Below, piece after piece: positions 1 to 9,038 of a stretch of 39,624 nucleotides of DNA (the stretch's first letter is position 1; each line of letters begins with the position of its first letter). This DNA comes from Gammaproteobacteria bacterium (GTDB lineage: Bacteria > Pseudomonadota > Gammaproteobacteria > UBA1113). Both the position numbers and the translations under genes were made by a program. The stretch is taken from NCBI GenBank assembly GCA_009885895.1, contig VFJV01000020.1, forward strand, positions 1 to 39,624, given 5' to 3'. A model generated the notes under the pieces. That model was given only the letters and a program-made list of their open reading frames with translations. It was not told where the DNA came from and did not search any database.

Positions 1-1
1 A

Positions 2-895
2 GTAGAATTATCTCTGCATGCCTTTTTTCCCATAGGACAACAACACGGCGCTTTTTCATCCTTAACCGCCATTATTGCCGGGTTCTTGGGTATTGAACTC
101 GCGGGCGTGCACATCAATCATTTAAGAAAACCCGGCGAAGATTATGCCAAAGCGCTCGCCATGGCCGTGCCTTTTGTGCTCATCACCATGGCTTTTGGCG
201 CATTAACGATTGCCATGATTTTACCGCAGTCCAATATCAATATAGTCAATGGGGTTATTGAAGCTTTCGATAATTTCTTAGCCGTGTATCATGCGCAATT
301 CTTGTTACCTGTAGTAGGGGTCATGATCTTGGTAGGCAGCATGGGGGGTATGATCAGTTGGGTCATATCGCCCGCTAAAGGGCTGTTACAAGCTGGGCAC
401 GATGGCTTTTTGCCACAATTTTTTCGTCATACGAATAAAAATCAGGTGCCGCATCGCTTGCTGATAACACAGGCCGTTTTAGCCAGCGTTATTTCAGGTG
501 CTTTTTTATTGTTTCCTAGCGTGAATGGTGGTTATTGGCTATTAACGGCACTGAGTACTGAATTATACCTACTAATGTATGTATTGCTGCTAATAGCGGC
601 TATTTACCTTAAGTGGAAACGGCCACAGCAAATACGGTCATTTCAATTGGGTAAAGGGCTGGGAGGTACTGTGTCAGTGGCTATTTTGGGGCTTATAGGC
701 TGTGGCATTGCCTTAGTGATAGGCGTCATTCCGCCTAGCGATATCCCAGTGGGAGACCCCCTACGCTATGCCATTATTTTCTTGATTGGCCTTTTTGTTT
801 TTGTGGCACCCGTGATGTTGTTTTATCGCTTTCAAAAAAAAGGCGCCTCGAAAAAGGAGCAAAATGCTGTATTTTCTGCTATCATTGAACCCTAA
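2..895 (+). CDS. APC-superfamily amino acid permease, C-terminal part (gene starts left of the window)
   Basis: The frame of ORF 86..895 stays open back to position 2 (VELSLHAFFPIGQQHGAFSSLTAIIAGFLGIELAGVH...). It has several hydrophobic helices and a GFLGIELAG segment typical of APC/GadC-like transporters. It ends in a short charged tail. Confidence 0.75.
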   Translation, partial: VELSLHAFFPIGQQHGAFSSLTAIIAGFLGIELAGVHINHLRKPGEDYAKALAMAVPFVLITMAFGALTIAMILPQSNINIVNGVIEAFDNFLAVYHAQFLLPVVGVMILVGSMGGMISWVISPAKGLLQAGHDGFLPQFFRHTNKNQVPHRLLITQAVLASVISGAFLLFPSVNGGYWLLTALSTELYLLMYVLLLIAAIYLKWKRPQQIRSFQLGKGLGGTVSVAILGLIGCGIALVIGVIPPSDIPVGDPLRYAIIFLIGLFVFVAPVMLFYRFQKKGASKKEQNAVFSAIIEP

Positions 896-907
896 TATTC
901 AGAATGA

Positions 908-1876
<969 letters not shown>

Positions 1877-1933
1877 GTGTTTTTAGGTGAAAATACCACC
1901 AACTTAGTGAATTGAATTAACTTGTGAGAAATT

Positions 1934-2167
1934 ATGTCCAAAGAAGATTGTATAGAAATGGAAGGCGTTATAGCAGAAACCCTTCCCAATACCACGTTTA
2001 GAGTAAAACTGGAAAATGGTTACCTTATAACGGCCCATATTTCAGGAAAGATCCGCAAAAATTACATCCGCATTTTAACAGGCGATAAGGTTACGGTTGA
2101 GTTAACCCCTTATGATTTGACTAAAGGACGTATTATATTTAGGCATAAAGAATCGCCTACGGGATAG
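1934..2167 (+). CDS. infA: Translation initiation factor IF-1
   Basis: Near-identical to the enterobacterial IF-1 pattern as I recall it ([29 protein letters not shown]...[33 protein letters not shown]). Confidence 0.95.
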   Translation: MSKEDCIEMEGVIAETLPNTTFRVKLENGYLITAHISGKIRKNYIRILTGDKVTVELTPYDLTKGRIIFRHKESPTG

Positions 2168-2248
2168 CCTTAAACGGTATACAGTCTAGGGTGTGAGCCT
2201 TAGGGATGATTCAGAAAAAATCACCCCTGAAATAAGCCCTGCCTTACA

Positions 2249-2277
2249 TTGACTTTGCTGAAAATTTTTATGATAAT
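2249..2277 (+). promoter_or_regulatory. Sigma70-like promoter TTGACT-N17-GATAAT upstream of the small membrane protein gene
   Basis: TTGACT at 2249-2254, a 17-nt spacer, then GATAAT at 2272-2277. It lies about 80 nt upstream of the ATG at 2356. Confidence 0.45.
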
Positions 2278-2355
2278 AAGCCGTTATCGCGTTTTATAAA
2301 GACGCGCGTGTGTTCTTTGAGTGCAAAGTTTATATTATCTTTTAAGGAGTTTATT

Positions 2356-2724
2356 ATGCGAGAAGCCATGAAAAATACTGCTATTTTTATAATTTCTTAT
2401 GTTGTCTTTATGATCCCTACCTACATATTGCCTTATTTTGGATCCAACTCTGCCGTAGTGAGCGCGGTTGCGGCCAAAGCGCATTTCATCAACCCGGCAA
2501 TGATTATCCATTTAGCCTTTTTGGCTGGATTGATTATCCTGGCGCGGCTTAGGGGTAAGGCCATAGATAAACAATGGCTAATAACGTTTCCTATTCTCGC
2601 TACTGTTTTTGATTTTGTCCCTTTTTTAAGCTGGATTCCATTAGTGCCGACGGTTATGCATTTGCTGGCCATTATTTTAGGTGTAATAACGGTAAAAGAG
2701 AAATCCCCCAGCCAAGTAGCTTAG
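2356..2724 (+). CDS. Small integral membrane protein, unknown function
   Basis: ORF 2308..2724. I prefer the internal ATG at 2356 because AAGGAG lies 7 nt upstream. It has 3-4 hydrophobic helices. A 10-bp hairpin (2730-2765) follows the stop. Confidence 0.6.
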   Translation: MREAMKNTAIFIISYVVFMIPTYILPYFGSNSAVVSAVAAKAHFINPAMIIHLAFLAGLIILARLRGKAIDKQWLITFPILATVFDFVPFLSWIPLVPTVMHLLAIILGVITVKEKSPSQVA

Positions 2725-2729
2725 TGCGT

Positions 2730-2765
2730 ATCATCCCTCGTTATTATTGAGTAATGAGGGATGAT
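2730..2765 (+). terminator. Stem-loop after the membrane protein gene (ATCATCCCTC ... GAGGGATGAT), no clear T-tract
   Basis: Perfect 10-bp inverted repeat read directly from the sequence. There is no U-run, so terminator function is uncertain. Confidence 0.3.
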
Positions 2766-2860
2766 CATCTTGCCCACCTGCTGAAGCATACCTAGTTTAT
2801 TTTCGGGTTTCTATATGCAACAACAGAAGCGGGCATGCAAGCACAGTTTTCAGCCTTAAA

Positions 2861-3022
2861 AAATTTCGATATAGCGCATGGGCACATGAAATTAACACTC
2901 CAACCTTAGTGATAGGCAGCGATCAAGACTTAATTTTTAATAAAGCGTCGATCAAAGCTTTAGCTCATGCTATCCCTAACGCACAATACCATTCTTTCTC
3001 TGGATATCGCCAGATAAAATAA
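2861..3022 (+). pseudogene. C-terminal relic of an alpha/beta-fold hydrolase gene
   Basis: A short open frame translates to KFRYSAWAHEINTPTLVIGSDQDLIFNKASIKALAHAIPNAQYHSFSGYRQIK*. This matches the usual hydrolase C-terminal block (P-x-L-V-I-x-G-x-x-D ... IP-x-A ... G-H), but the catalytic His position reads Tyr and no N-terminal part is present. Confidence 0.4.
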
Positions 3023-3107
3023 AACTGTTTTCAACCTTATAGCCATTAAAATCAATGCTCTATCTCTTTGAAAAATATGCCAGGTAAAATGCCCCTCTTC
3101 ATTTTTT

Positions 3108-3140
3108 GTTAATAATGATTTAGCTGAATTGCGATAGAAT
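3108..3140 (+). promoter_or_regulatory. Possible degenerate PmrA-type box plus -10 (GTTAATAAT-GA-TTTAGCTGA-N7-TAGAAT)
   Basis: It has the same 9-2-9-7-6 geometry as the strong box at 38088. The first repeat is good and the second is poor. Confidence 0.3.
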
Positions 3141-3250
3141 ATATCCGTTATAACTAAACATAATAGATCATTAGCGGGGTAAGTGTGGGATTATTCGACG
3201 ATTTATCAAACGTCAATTACAGGTAGTGTGTTTTTCTAATGATGCAAACG

Positions 3251-3272
3251 ACCGGCAAAGATAATTGTCGCT
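3251..3272. promoter_or_regulatory. 22-bp imperfect palindrome ACCGGCAA-AGATAA-TTGTCGCT (operator-like), overlapping the TTG start at 3265
   Basis: It lies inside a 28-nt string (3250-3277) whose exact reverse complement occurs at 39517-39544. The half-sites are AsCGrCAA. Confidence 0.5.
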
Positions 3273-4020
3273 CAATAACGATTTGCCAAAATATGGAGGA
3301 ACTTTTACGAGAAAGTTTAATCAAAACGTCTTTATTAATAAAGTTATAGATTTTTTTAAAAGAAGTGAATATCTTGCTGAAGGGGCCTGCGCGGCTTTAA
3401 CAGTTGATTGGCTTGAATTTAAAATACAAAATTTAGGTAATGACTTTCCGTATAAGGATGATCGTTTGAAAGACCCGAAGGTAATAGACTCTATTATTCA
3501 GATCCAAGCCTATTTGAGATTACGCGATGCCCCGCTTTCAGAATTCATCTCTAATTTTGGAGTTGAAAGACAAGAAGCTCCGGAATCTTATACGGATTTC
3601 ATAAACACACTGAATGCAGGTATTTATCTAATCCACTTTGAATATAAAAGTCTAGATGGGATTAATGGTAATCATGTTGCCGTTTGTATGAGCTATGATA
3701 AAAATGGAAAACATCATATTGAACTTTTTGATGCTGCACGCGGAGATGCGAAATTTTCTTTAAATGATCAGAATACTTCGCAAGCAAGAGAGTGGTTGAC
3801 TGCTTATTTTAAATCATACGCAACATTTTCTACGATTGGCATCTCATCTTTTTCGCTCAGATGGGATAATAGTTGTTCAGATGTTGCAAAAATGTGTAAA
3901 CAGACGAATGATATCATGTTATCTCTTGTTGCACAGAATCCACATGGGTTTTGGAGTAATAGTGAGGCGGCGCACAACCAGAGCACAGCTCCAGCAGAGG
4001 ATTATACTCCCCAGTCTTAA
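3265..4020 (+). CDS. Orphan protein with papain-fold Cys-His-Asp arrangement resembling YopT/AvrPphB (peptidase C58); candidate secreted effector
   Basis: 251-aa ORF with a TTG start. Cys42 sits in EGACAALTVDWL, His137 in GNHVAVCM and Asp156 in ELFDAARGD. This is the C-H-D order, with an F-D-x-x-x-G block after the His as in C58 enzymes. The region is AT-rich. The protein has no signal peptide. Confidence 0.5.
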   Translation: MSLNNDLPKYGGTFTRKFNQNVFINKVIDFFKRSEYLAEGACAALTVDWLEFKIQNLGNDFPYKDDRLKDPKVIDSIIQIQAYLRLRDAPLSEFISNFGVERQEAPESYTDFINTLNAGIYLIHFEYKSLDGINGNHVAVCMSYDKNGKHHIELFDAARGDAKFSLNDQNTSQAREWLTAYFKSYATFSTIGISSFSLRWDNSCSDVAKMCKQTNDIMLSLVAQNPHGFWSNSEAAHNQSTAPAEDYTPQS

Positions 4021-4023
4021 AAC

Positions 4024-4860
4024 TTATAGCCCATGGCTAAAACAGGATCTTCGCACCCCAGAAATATTAGCCAGATGAATTGCATATTTTTTGATTTCGT
4101 CTTCAATAAATTGACATTCTTCCTCAGAAAAAGGGTGGGTTTCCTGATATGCTTGAAACAGTCTAGGATTATAGGCTCGCTGTATATTTTTAACAGGAGA
4201 CATATCAGCATTCTCATGAACACTGGAATTTGAAAAACTTAATATCCTATTACTAATAACATGGTACAGGCGCATTTTCTTTACGAGGGCCTCATACTTT
4301 TCGCCACTTAGATCAGCTATCTCGGAAAATTTAAGGGCTGTTTTTTCATAAGCAGCTATACCGTTTCTCCAGGTACAAGTTGCAAACCACTCTATAAGTT
4401 CTATTTTCTCATCTAAAGTGGCTGTTTCAAACGCGGAGTTCATGAAAGAGTCTGCGGCATAGTAAGAATTATATTTTTTTGCAATTATTTTTAACGCGGC
4501 TTCTTTTTCTTCCGTCTGTGCGGACTCGAAAGTTTGAATAAAGAGTACCAGACCCATTATTTTATCATAAGAGGTTACTTGAAAATTTATAGGCAAAGTA
4601 ATAGTTGCATTTGGTCTTTTTTCATTAAAACCATTCACTGCTTTTTTAATTTCAGGGCTAGTGAACAATATTCTTTCCCAAAAATCTAAAAACAGGGGTG
4701 ACCTAAAAAAAAATTCAAAATCAGTGTTGTTGTGCGCTTCCACTAATACAGAAATAACGTCCTTTTTTATTAGTTCTTTTATTGCCTCTATGCATCCCTC
4801 TTCATTCGTTTTACTTGAACTGTCTATAATGAGCTCTATAAGTCTATCTTTATTTTTCAT
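4024..4860 (-). CDS. Hypothetical 278-aa soluble, probably helical protein; candidate effector
   Basis: Long ORF in an AT-rich islet. GAAGGGG lies 5 nt upstream of the ATG. It starts 34 nt downstream of the alaS stop on the same strand. I recognise no motif. Confidence 0.65.
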   Translation of the reverse strand: MKNKDRLIELIIDSSSKTNEEGCIEAIKELIKKDVISVLVEAHNNTDFEFFFRSPLFLDFWERILFTSPEIKKAVNGFNEKRPNATITLPINFQVTSYDKIMGLVLFIQTFESAQTEEKEAALKIIAKKYNSYYAADSFMNSAFETATLDEKIELIEWFATCTWRNGIAAYEKTALKFSEIADLSGEKYEALVKKMRLYHVISNRILSFSNSSVHENADMSPVKNIQRAYNPRLFQAYQETHPFSEEECQFIEDEIKKYAIHLANISGVRRSCFSHGL

Positions 4861-4894
4861 ATTCCCCTTCTCTAATAAAATTTCACTTGCTATG

Positions 4895-7492
4895 TTACTT
4901 CAATCTAGAATTCACCCACTCTTTCACCAACCCCAACACCGCTTTCAATTGCCCTGCATCATTGCCCGCAGCTTGGGCCATATCGGCACGACCACCACCT
5001 TTGCCACCTAATTTTCCGGCAAGAAAGCCCACTAATTGGCCTGCATGGACTTTACCATTTAAGGCTGCGCTCACACCCGCAACTAAATGCACTTTATCCT
5101 CATACACACTGGCTAAGACCACCACGCTGGGATCCAAACCCGCTTTAATTTGGTTTAGCGTTTCGCGTAAGGTTTTGGGATCGAGCAGACCTACATCGCT
5201 ACATAGATAGTGCACGGCACCTATTTTTTCCACCTGCGATAACAAATCGCGGCTTTTTAATAAGGCCAATTGGCTTTCGGTTTTTTCTAAATTTTTTTCA
5301 ATTTTTTTCCAACGCTCGACTTGTTGTTGCGCGCGCAATATCGCATCGTCTTTTTGAATTTTAATGACATCACATAGCGCGTTAAAATCTTGATTTAAAC
5401 GGTCCGCCCACTGCCATGCGCCTATGCCGGTAATGGCTTCTATACGGCGAATGCCCGCAGCAACCCCGGCTTCAGAGAGTATTTTAAACAAGCCTATATC
5501 GCCACTACGGTTAACGTGTGTACCGCCACACAGCTCTTTGGAAAAATCACCAATCTGTAATACACGCACCACATCATCGTATTTTTCACCAAACAAAGCC
5601 ATAGCCCCGCTTTTTATGGCGTCTTCTGCATTCATTTGATGCGTTTCTACCAGGGTATTTTGCAAAACAGCTTCATTTACTTTTTCTTCAATTTTCTGCA
5701 GTATTGCAGGCGTTACAGCTTTGCTATAAGAAAAGTCAAAACGCAGGCGATCGGCTGCGACTAAAGATCCTTTTTGCACCACTTCTTTTCCTAATACCTG
5801 TTGCAACACCGCGTGCAATAAATGTGTAGCGGTATGATTGCGCGCGGTGGCTCGACGCAAGGCACTATCGACCGTGGCCGTTACTGTTAGCCCTAAGTGC
5901 CATTCGCCAGCTTTTAGATATCCAAAATGCAGGATGCTGCTACCTTGCTTTTGAGTGTCTGTAACGATGAATTCTTCATTGTTATGCAGCAGAATACCTT
6001 GGTCCCCTACCTGACCACCGCTTTCGGCATAAAAAGGGGTTTTCGATAAAATAACCGCGCCTTTTTGTGTCGCTTTTAAAGACGCTACTTTTTTGCCTTC
6101 AAACACAAAGGCTATAATTTTTGCGCTATCGTTTAATGACTCATAGCCTATAAAATCGGTTTTGTCCTCAAAGGGCAATTTCTCATGATAATCAAAATCG
6201 AATTGACTCGCTTTGGCAGACAACTCCCGTTGTTTCGTCATTTCTTTCTCAAAGCCTTCCATGTCCAAATGCAAGCCGCGTTCGCGTGCAATGTCGGCGG
6301 TCAAATCCGGGGGAAAGCCATAGGTATCGTATAATTTGAAAATAACATTTCCTGGAATGTGCTTGCTGCTTAATTTTGCAATCTCTTGCTCCAATAAACG
6401 TAGGCCCTGCTCTAAGGTACGGCTAAACTGCTCTTCTTCTTGTTTTAGAGCACGGGCAATGTGTTCTTGCTGCAATACAAGTTTAGGATAAGCCTCACCC
6501 AAGATGTTTGCCAAATTAGAAACCAAATCGTAGAAAAAAGGTTCTTTTAAACCCAAGGCATGGCCATGTCGAACGGCTCTGCGTATAATGCGCCGCAACA
6601 CATAACCGCGGCCTTCGTTACTCGGAGTAACACCGTCGGCCACTAAAAAAGAACAAGAACGTATGTGGTCGGCAATAACGCGTAAAGACGTATTCGTTAA
6701 ATCTTTAGACTCTGCTTTTTGGGCAATGGCTTTAATTAACGGCACAAATAAATCGGTATCATAGTTATTGTGCACACCCTGCATCACTGCGGATACGCGT
6801 TCTAAACCCATACCGGTATCCACCGAAGGTTTAGGCAAGGATTGTAATTCACCCGAGGCTTTTCGGTCGTATTGCATGAAAACCATATTCCAAATTTCCA
6901 CATACCGATCGCCGTCAGCATCCGCGCTGCCTGGAGGACCGCCAAAAATAGAGTCCCCATGATCGTAAAAAATTTCAGAACAAGGTCCACAAGGACCTGT
7001 ATCGCCCATAGACCAAAAATTATCGTCTTTGCCACAACGTGAAAAACGGCTAGGATCTATTTTTAATTCATCTAACCAAATGGAGGCGGCCTCGCTATCT
7101 TCCTCAAAGACAGTCACCCATAACTTTTCTGCCGGCAAATTTAACACCTGGGTTAAAAAATCCCACGCATAATGAATCGCCTCGCGTTTAAAATAATCGC
7201 CAAAACTAAAATTACCCAACATTTCAAAAAAAGTGTGGTGTCTGGCCGTATATCCTACGTTGTCTAAATCGTTGTGCTTGCCTCCAGCGCGCACACAGGT
7301 TTGCGAGGAACACGCTCGCGTATAAGGCCGTTTGTCTAAGCCTAAAAAAACATCTTTAAACTGTACCATACCTGCATTTACAAATAACAAGGTAGGATCG
7401 TTATGCGGTACCAAAGAGCTCGTGGTCACTAAAGTATGACCGTGCCCTTGAAAATAGTCTAAAAATTTTTCTCTTAACTCATTGCTCTTCAT
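4895..7492 (-). CDS. alaS: Alanine--tRNA ligase
   Basis: The ORF track gives 890 aa. The conserved N-terminus MKSNELREKFLDYFQGHGH begins at the ATG at 7492. Class II motifs and the editing-domain HxxxH (HTATHLLH) are visible. Confidence 0.95.
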   Translation of the reverse strand: MKSNELREKFLDYFQGHGHTLVTTSSLVPHNDPTLLFVNAGMVQFKDVFLGLDKRPYTRACSSQTCVRAGGKHNDLDNVGYTARHHTFFEMLGNFSFGDYFKREAIHYAWDFLTQVLNLPAEKLWVTVFEEDSEAASIWLDELKIDPSRFSRCGKDDNFWSMGDTGPCGPCSEIFYDHGDSIFGGPPGSADADGDRYVEIWNMVFMQYDRKASGELQSLPKPSVDTGMGLERVSAVMQGVHNNYDTDLFVPLIKAIAQKAESKDLTNTSLRVIADHIRSCSFLVADGVTPSNEGRGYVLRRIIRRAVRHGHALGLKEPFFYDLVSNLANILGEAYPKLVLQQEHIARALKQEEEQFSRTLEQGLRLLEQEIAKLSSKHIPGNVIFKLYDTYGFPPDLTADIARERGLHLDMEGFEKEMTKQRELSAKASQFDFDYHEKLPFEDKTDFIGYESLNDSAKIIAFVFEGKKVASLKATQKGAVILSKTPFYAESGGQVGDQGILLHNNEEFIVTDTQKQGSSILHFGYLKAGEWHLGLTVTATVDSALRRATARNHTATHLLHAVLQQVLGKEVVQKGSLVAADRLRFDFSYSKAVTPAILQKIEEKVNEAVLQNTLVETHQMNAEDAIKSGAMALFGEKYDDVVRVLQIGDFSKELCGGTHVNRSGDIGLFKILSEAGVAAGIRRIEAITGIGAWQWADRLNQDFNALCDVIKIQKDDAILRAQQQVERWKKIEKNLEKTESQLALLKSRDLLSQVEKIGAVHYLCSDVGLLDPKTLRETLNQIKAGLDPSVVVLASVYEDKVHLVAGVSAALNGKVHAGQLVGFLAGKLGGKGGGRADMAQAAGNDAGQLKAVLGLVKEWVNSRLK

Positions 7493-7898
7493 GTTTTTCT
7501 CGTAAAAATCGATTAATTTGGTCAAAGGAAAAACCGCGATACTGCAAGTAACGCGCTTGTTGCGCATAACTTTTGTTATCGCTTGGTTTTTCAGTAAATC
7601 GTTTGCTCCAGGTCATTGCTAAGCCTAGACGCCATTCGTTCTCGTTAAAGGTGCTGTGCACATCTTCATGAGAAAGCACTTTATTTTGCAGTAAACGCTT
7701 TATACGCTCCGGTCCTAAACCTTGTCTATATTTGGCTTGAATCAGTAAATCAGCCAAGCGAGCATCGTCTAAAAAGCGATCGGTTATTAACGCATGGATA
7801 ACGCTACAGATTAATTCAATGTCATCGCTTTTTTGCAACAACTTTTTTTTTAACTCATCCACACTGTGATCCCGGCGCGCTAATGCATTAAATGCCAC
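7479..7898 (-). CDS. recX: Recombination regulator RecX
   Basis: It lies directly downstream of recA and shows the helical repeat pattern (ALARRDHSVDELKKKL...). GTG start at 7898. The frame is open a few codons further upstream, so the true start may be earlier. It overlaps the alaS start by 14 nt. Confidence 0.8.
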   Translation of the reverse strand: MAFNALARRDHSVDELKKKLLQKSDDIELICSVIHALITDRFLDDARLADLLIQAKYRQGLGPERIKRLLQNKVLSHEDVHSTFNENEWRLGLAMTWSKRFTEKPSDNKSYAQQARYLQYRGFSFDQINRFLREKHEEQ

Positions 7899-7936
7899 AC
7901 GCCGTAACCGCTTATACTCTTCCTCGTCTACGTTAC

Positions 7937-9007
7937 TCAGAGCTCAGTATCCTCTAAGACATCGGCATCTTCGTTGGCGAGTAAGGCTTCTGGGTGCGCT
8001 AAGAGCTCAGAACGCAGCTTAGCATCGATTTCTTTAGAGATAGCGGGATTGTCTTTCAAAAATTGACGCACATTATCCTTACCTTGGCCCATGCGTTCAC
8101 CATTGTAACTATACCAAGCCCCAGATTTTTCAATCACCTTTTGCTTTGCACCTAAATCAACTAACTCGCCATGGTAAGAAATGCCTTCACCATAAAGAAT
8201 ATCAAACTCGGCCACTTTAAATGGAGGCGCCACTTTGTTTTTAACCACTTTGACTTTGGTTTCGTTACCATAAATCTCATCGCCTCGCTTTAATGCCCCA
8301 ATTCTGCGGATGTCTAAGCGTACCGAAGCGTAAAACTTTAGCGCATTACCACCGGTGGTGGTTTCTGGGCTGCCAAACATAACGCCAATTTTCATACGGA
8401 TTTGGTTGATAAAAATAACCAATGTATTCGACCGTTTAATGTTGGCGGTTAATTTGCGCAAAGCTTGCGACATCAAACGCGCATGTAATCCCATGTGTTG
8501 ATCGCCCATCTCACCTTCAATTTCAGCCCTAGGGGTTAATGCGGCGACCGAGTCAATAACAATAATGTCTACGGCATTGGATCGCACTAACATATCCACG
8601 ATTTCTAAAGCTTGTTCACCCGTATCCGGTTGAGAAACCAATAAATCTTTGATATTCACGCCTAATTTAAGCGCATATCCTGGATCCATGGCGTGTTCTG
8701 CATCAATAAAGGCAGCACGTCCACCTGCTTTTTGACATTCAGCAATGGCGTGCAAGGTCAGCGTGGTTTTACCCGAAGATTCTGGGCCATAAATTTCAAC
8801 GACGCGCCCACGGGGTAAACCGCCGCCTAAGGCAATATCTAATCCCAAGGAGCCTGTGGAAACCGTTTCGATTTCATGTCCATCGGGATGTTCGCCCAGT
8901 AACATGACCGCACCTTTGCCAAATTGGCGTTCGATTTGATCGCGCACCGCATTTAACGCCTTTAATTTTTGTTCGCCATTTAAGGCTTTTGACTTTTGAT
9001 CGTCCAT
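7937..9007 (-). CDS. recA: Recombinase RecA
   Basis: Walker [10 protein letters not shown] and canonical RecA blocks (FIDAEHALD-like, [34 protein letters not shown]). Confidence 0.97.
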   Translation of the reverse strand: MDDQKSKALNGEQKLKALNAVRDQIERQFGKGAVMLLGEHPDGHEIETVSTGSLGLDIALGGGLPRGRVVEIYGPESSGKTTLTLHAIAECQKAGGRAAFIDAEHAMDPGYALKLGVNIKDLLVSQPDTGEQALEIVDMLVRSNAVDIIVIDSVAALTPRAEIEGEMGDQHMGLHARLMSQALRKLTANIKRSNTLVIFINQIRMKIGVMFGSPETTTGGNALKFYASVRLDIRRIGALKRGDEIYGNETKVKVVKNKVAPPFKVAEFDILYGEGISYHGELVDLGAKQKVIEKSGAWYSYNGERMGQGKDNVRQFLKDNPAISKEIDAKLRSELLAHPEALLANEDADVLEDTEL

Positions 9008-9038
9008 TTAGAACCCCTTTTTATCTCTTGATTAATAA

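Noticed and set aside
2202-2228. Hairpin AGGGATGATT-CAGAAAA-AATCACCCCT downstream of infA as a terminator.
   Set aside because: It is a 9/10-bp stem with no T-tract on either strand. It may contribute to termination, but the evidence is too weak to call.
7493-7567. N-terminal extensions in the ORF track: alaS 890 aa, tolB 445 aa, cpoB 297 aa, htrA 479 aa, the lipoprotein 124 aa and the membrane protein 138 aa.
   Set aside because: Internal ATG codons give canonical N-termini or signal peptides with better ribosome-binding sites. The longer versions overlap upstream genes, so I used the shorter coordinates.
9008-9038. I looked for a LexA/SOS box (CTGT-N8-ACAG) upstream of recA.
   Set aside because: None is visible in the 31-nt gap or in the adjacent ppiD 3' end. 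My recollection is that Legionella lacks LexA, so this is not treated as a finding.
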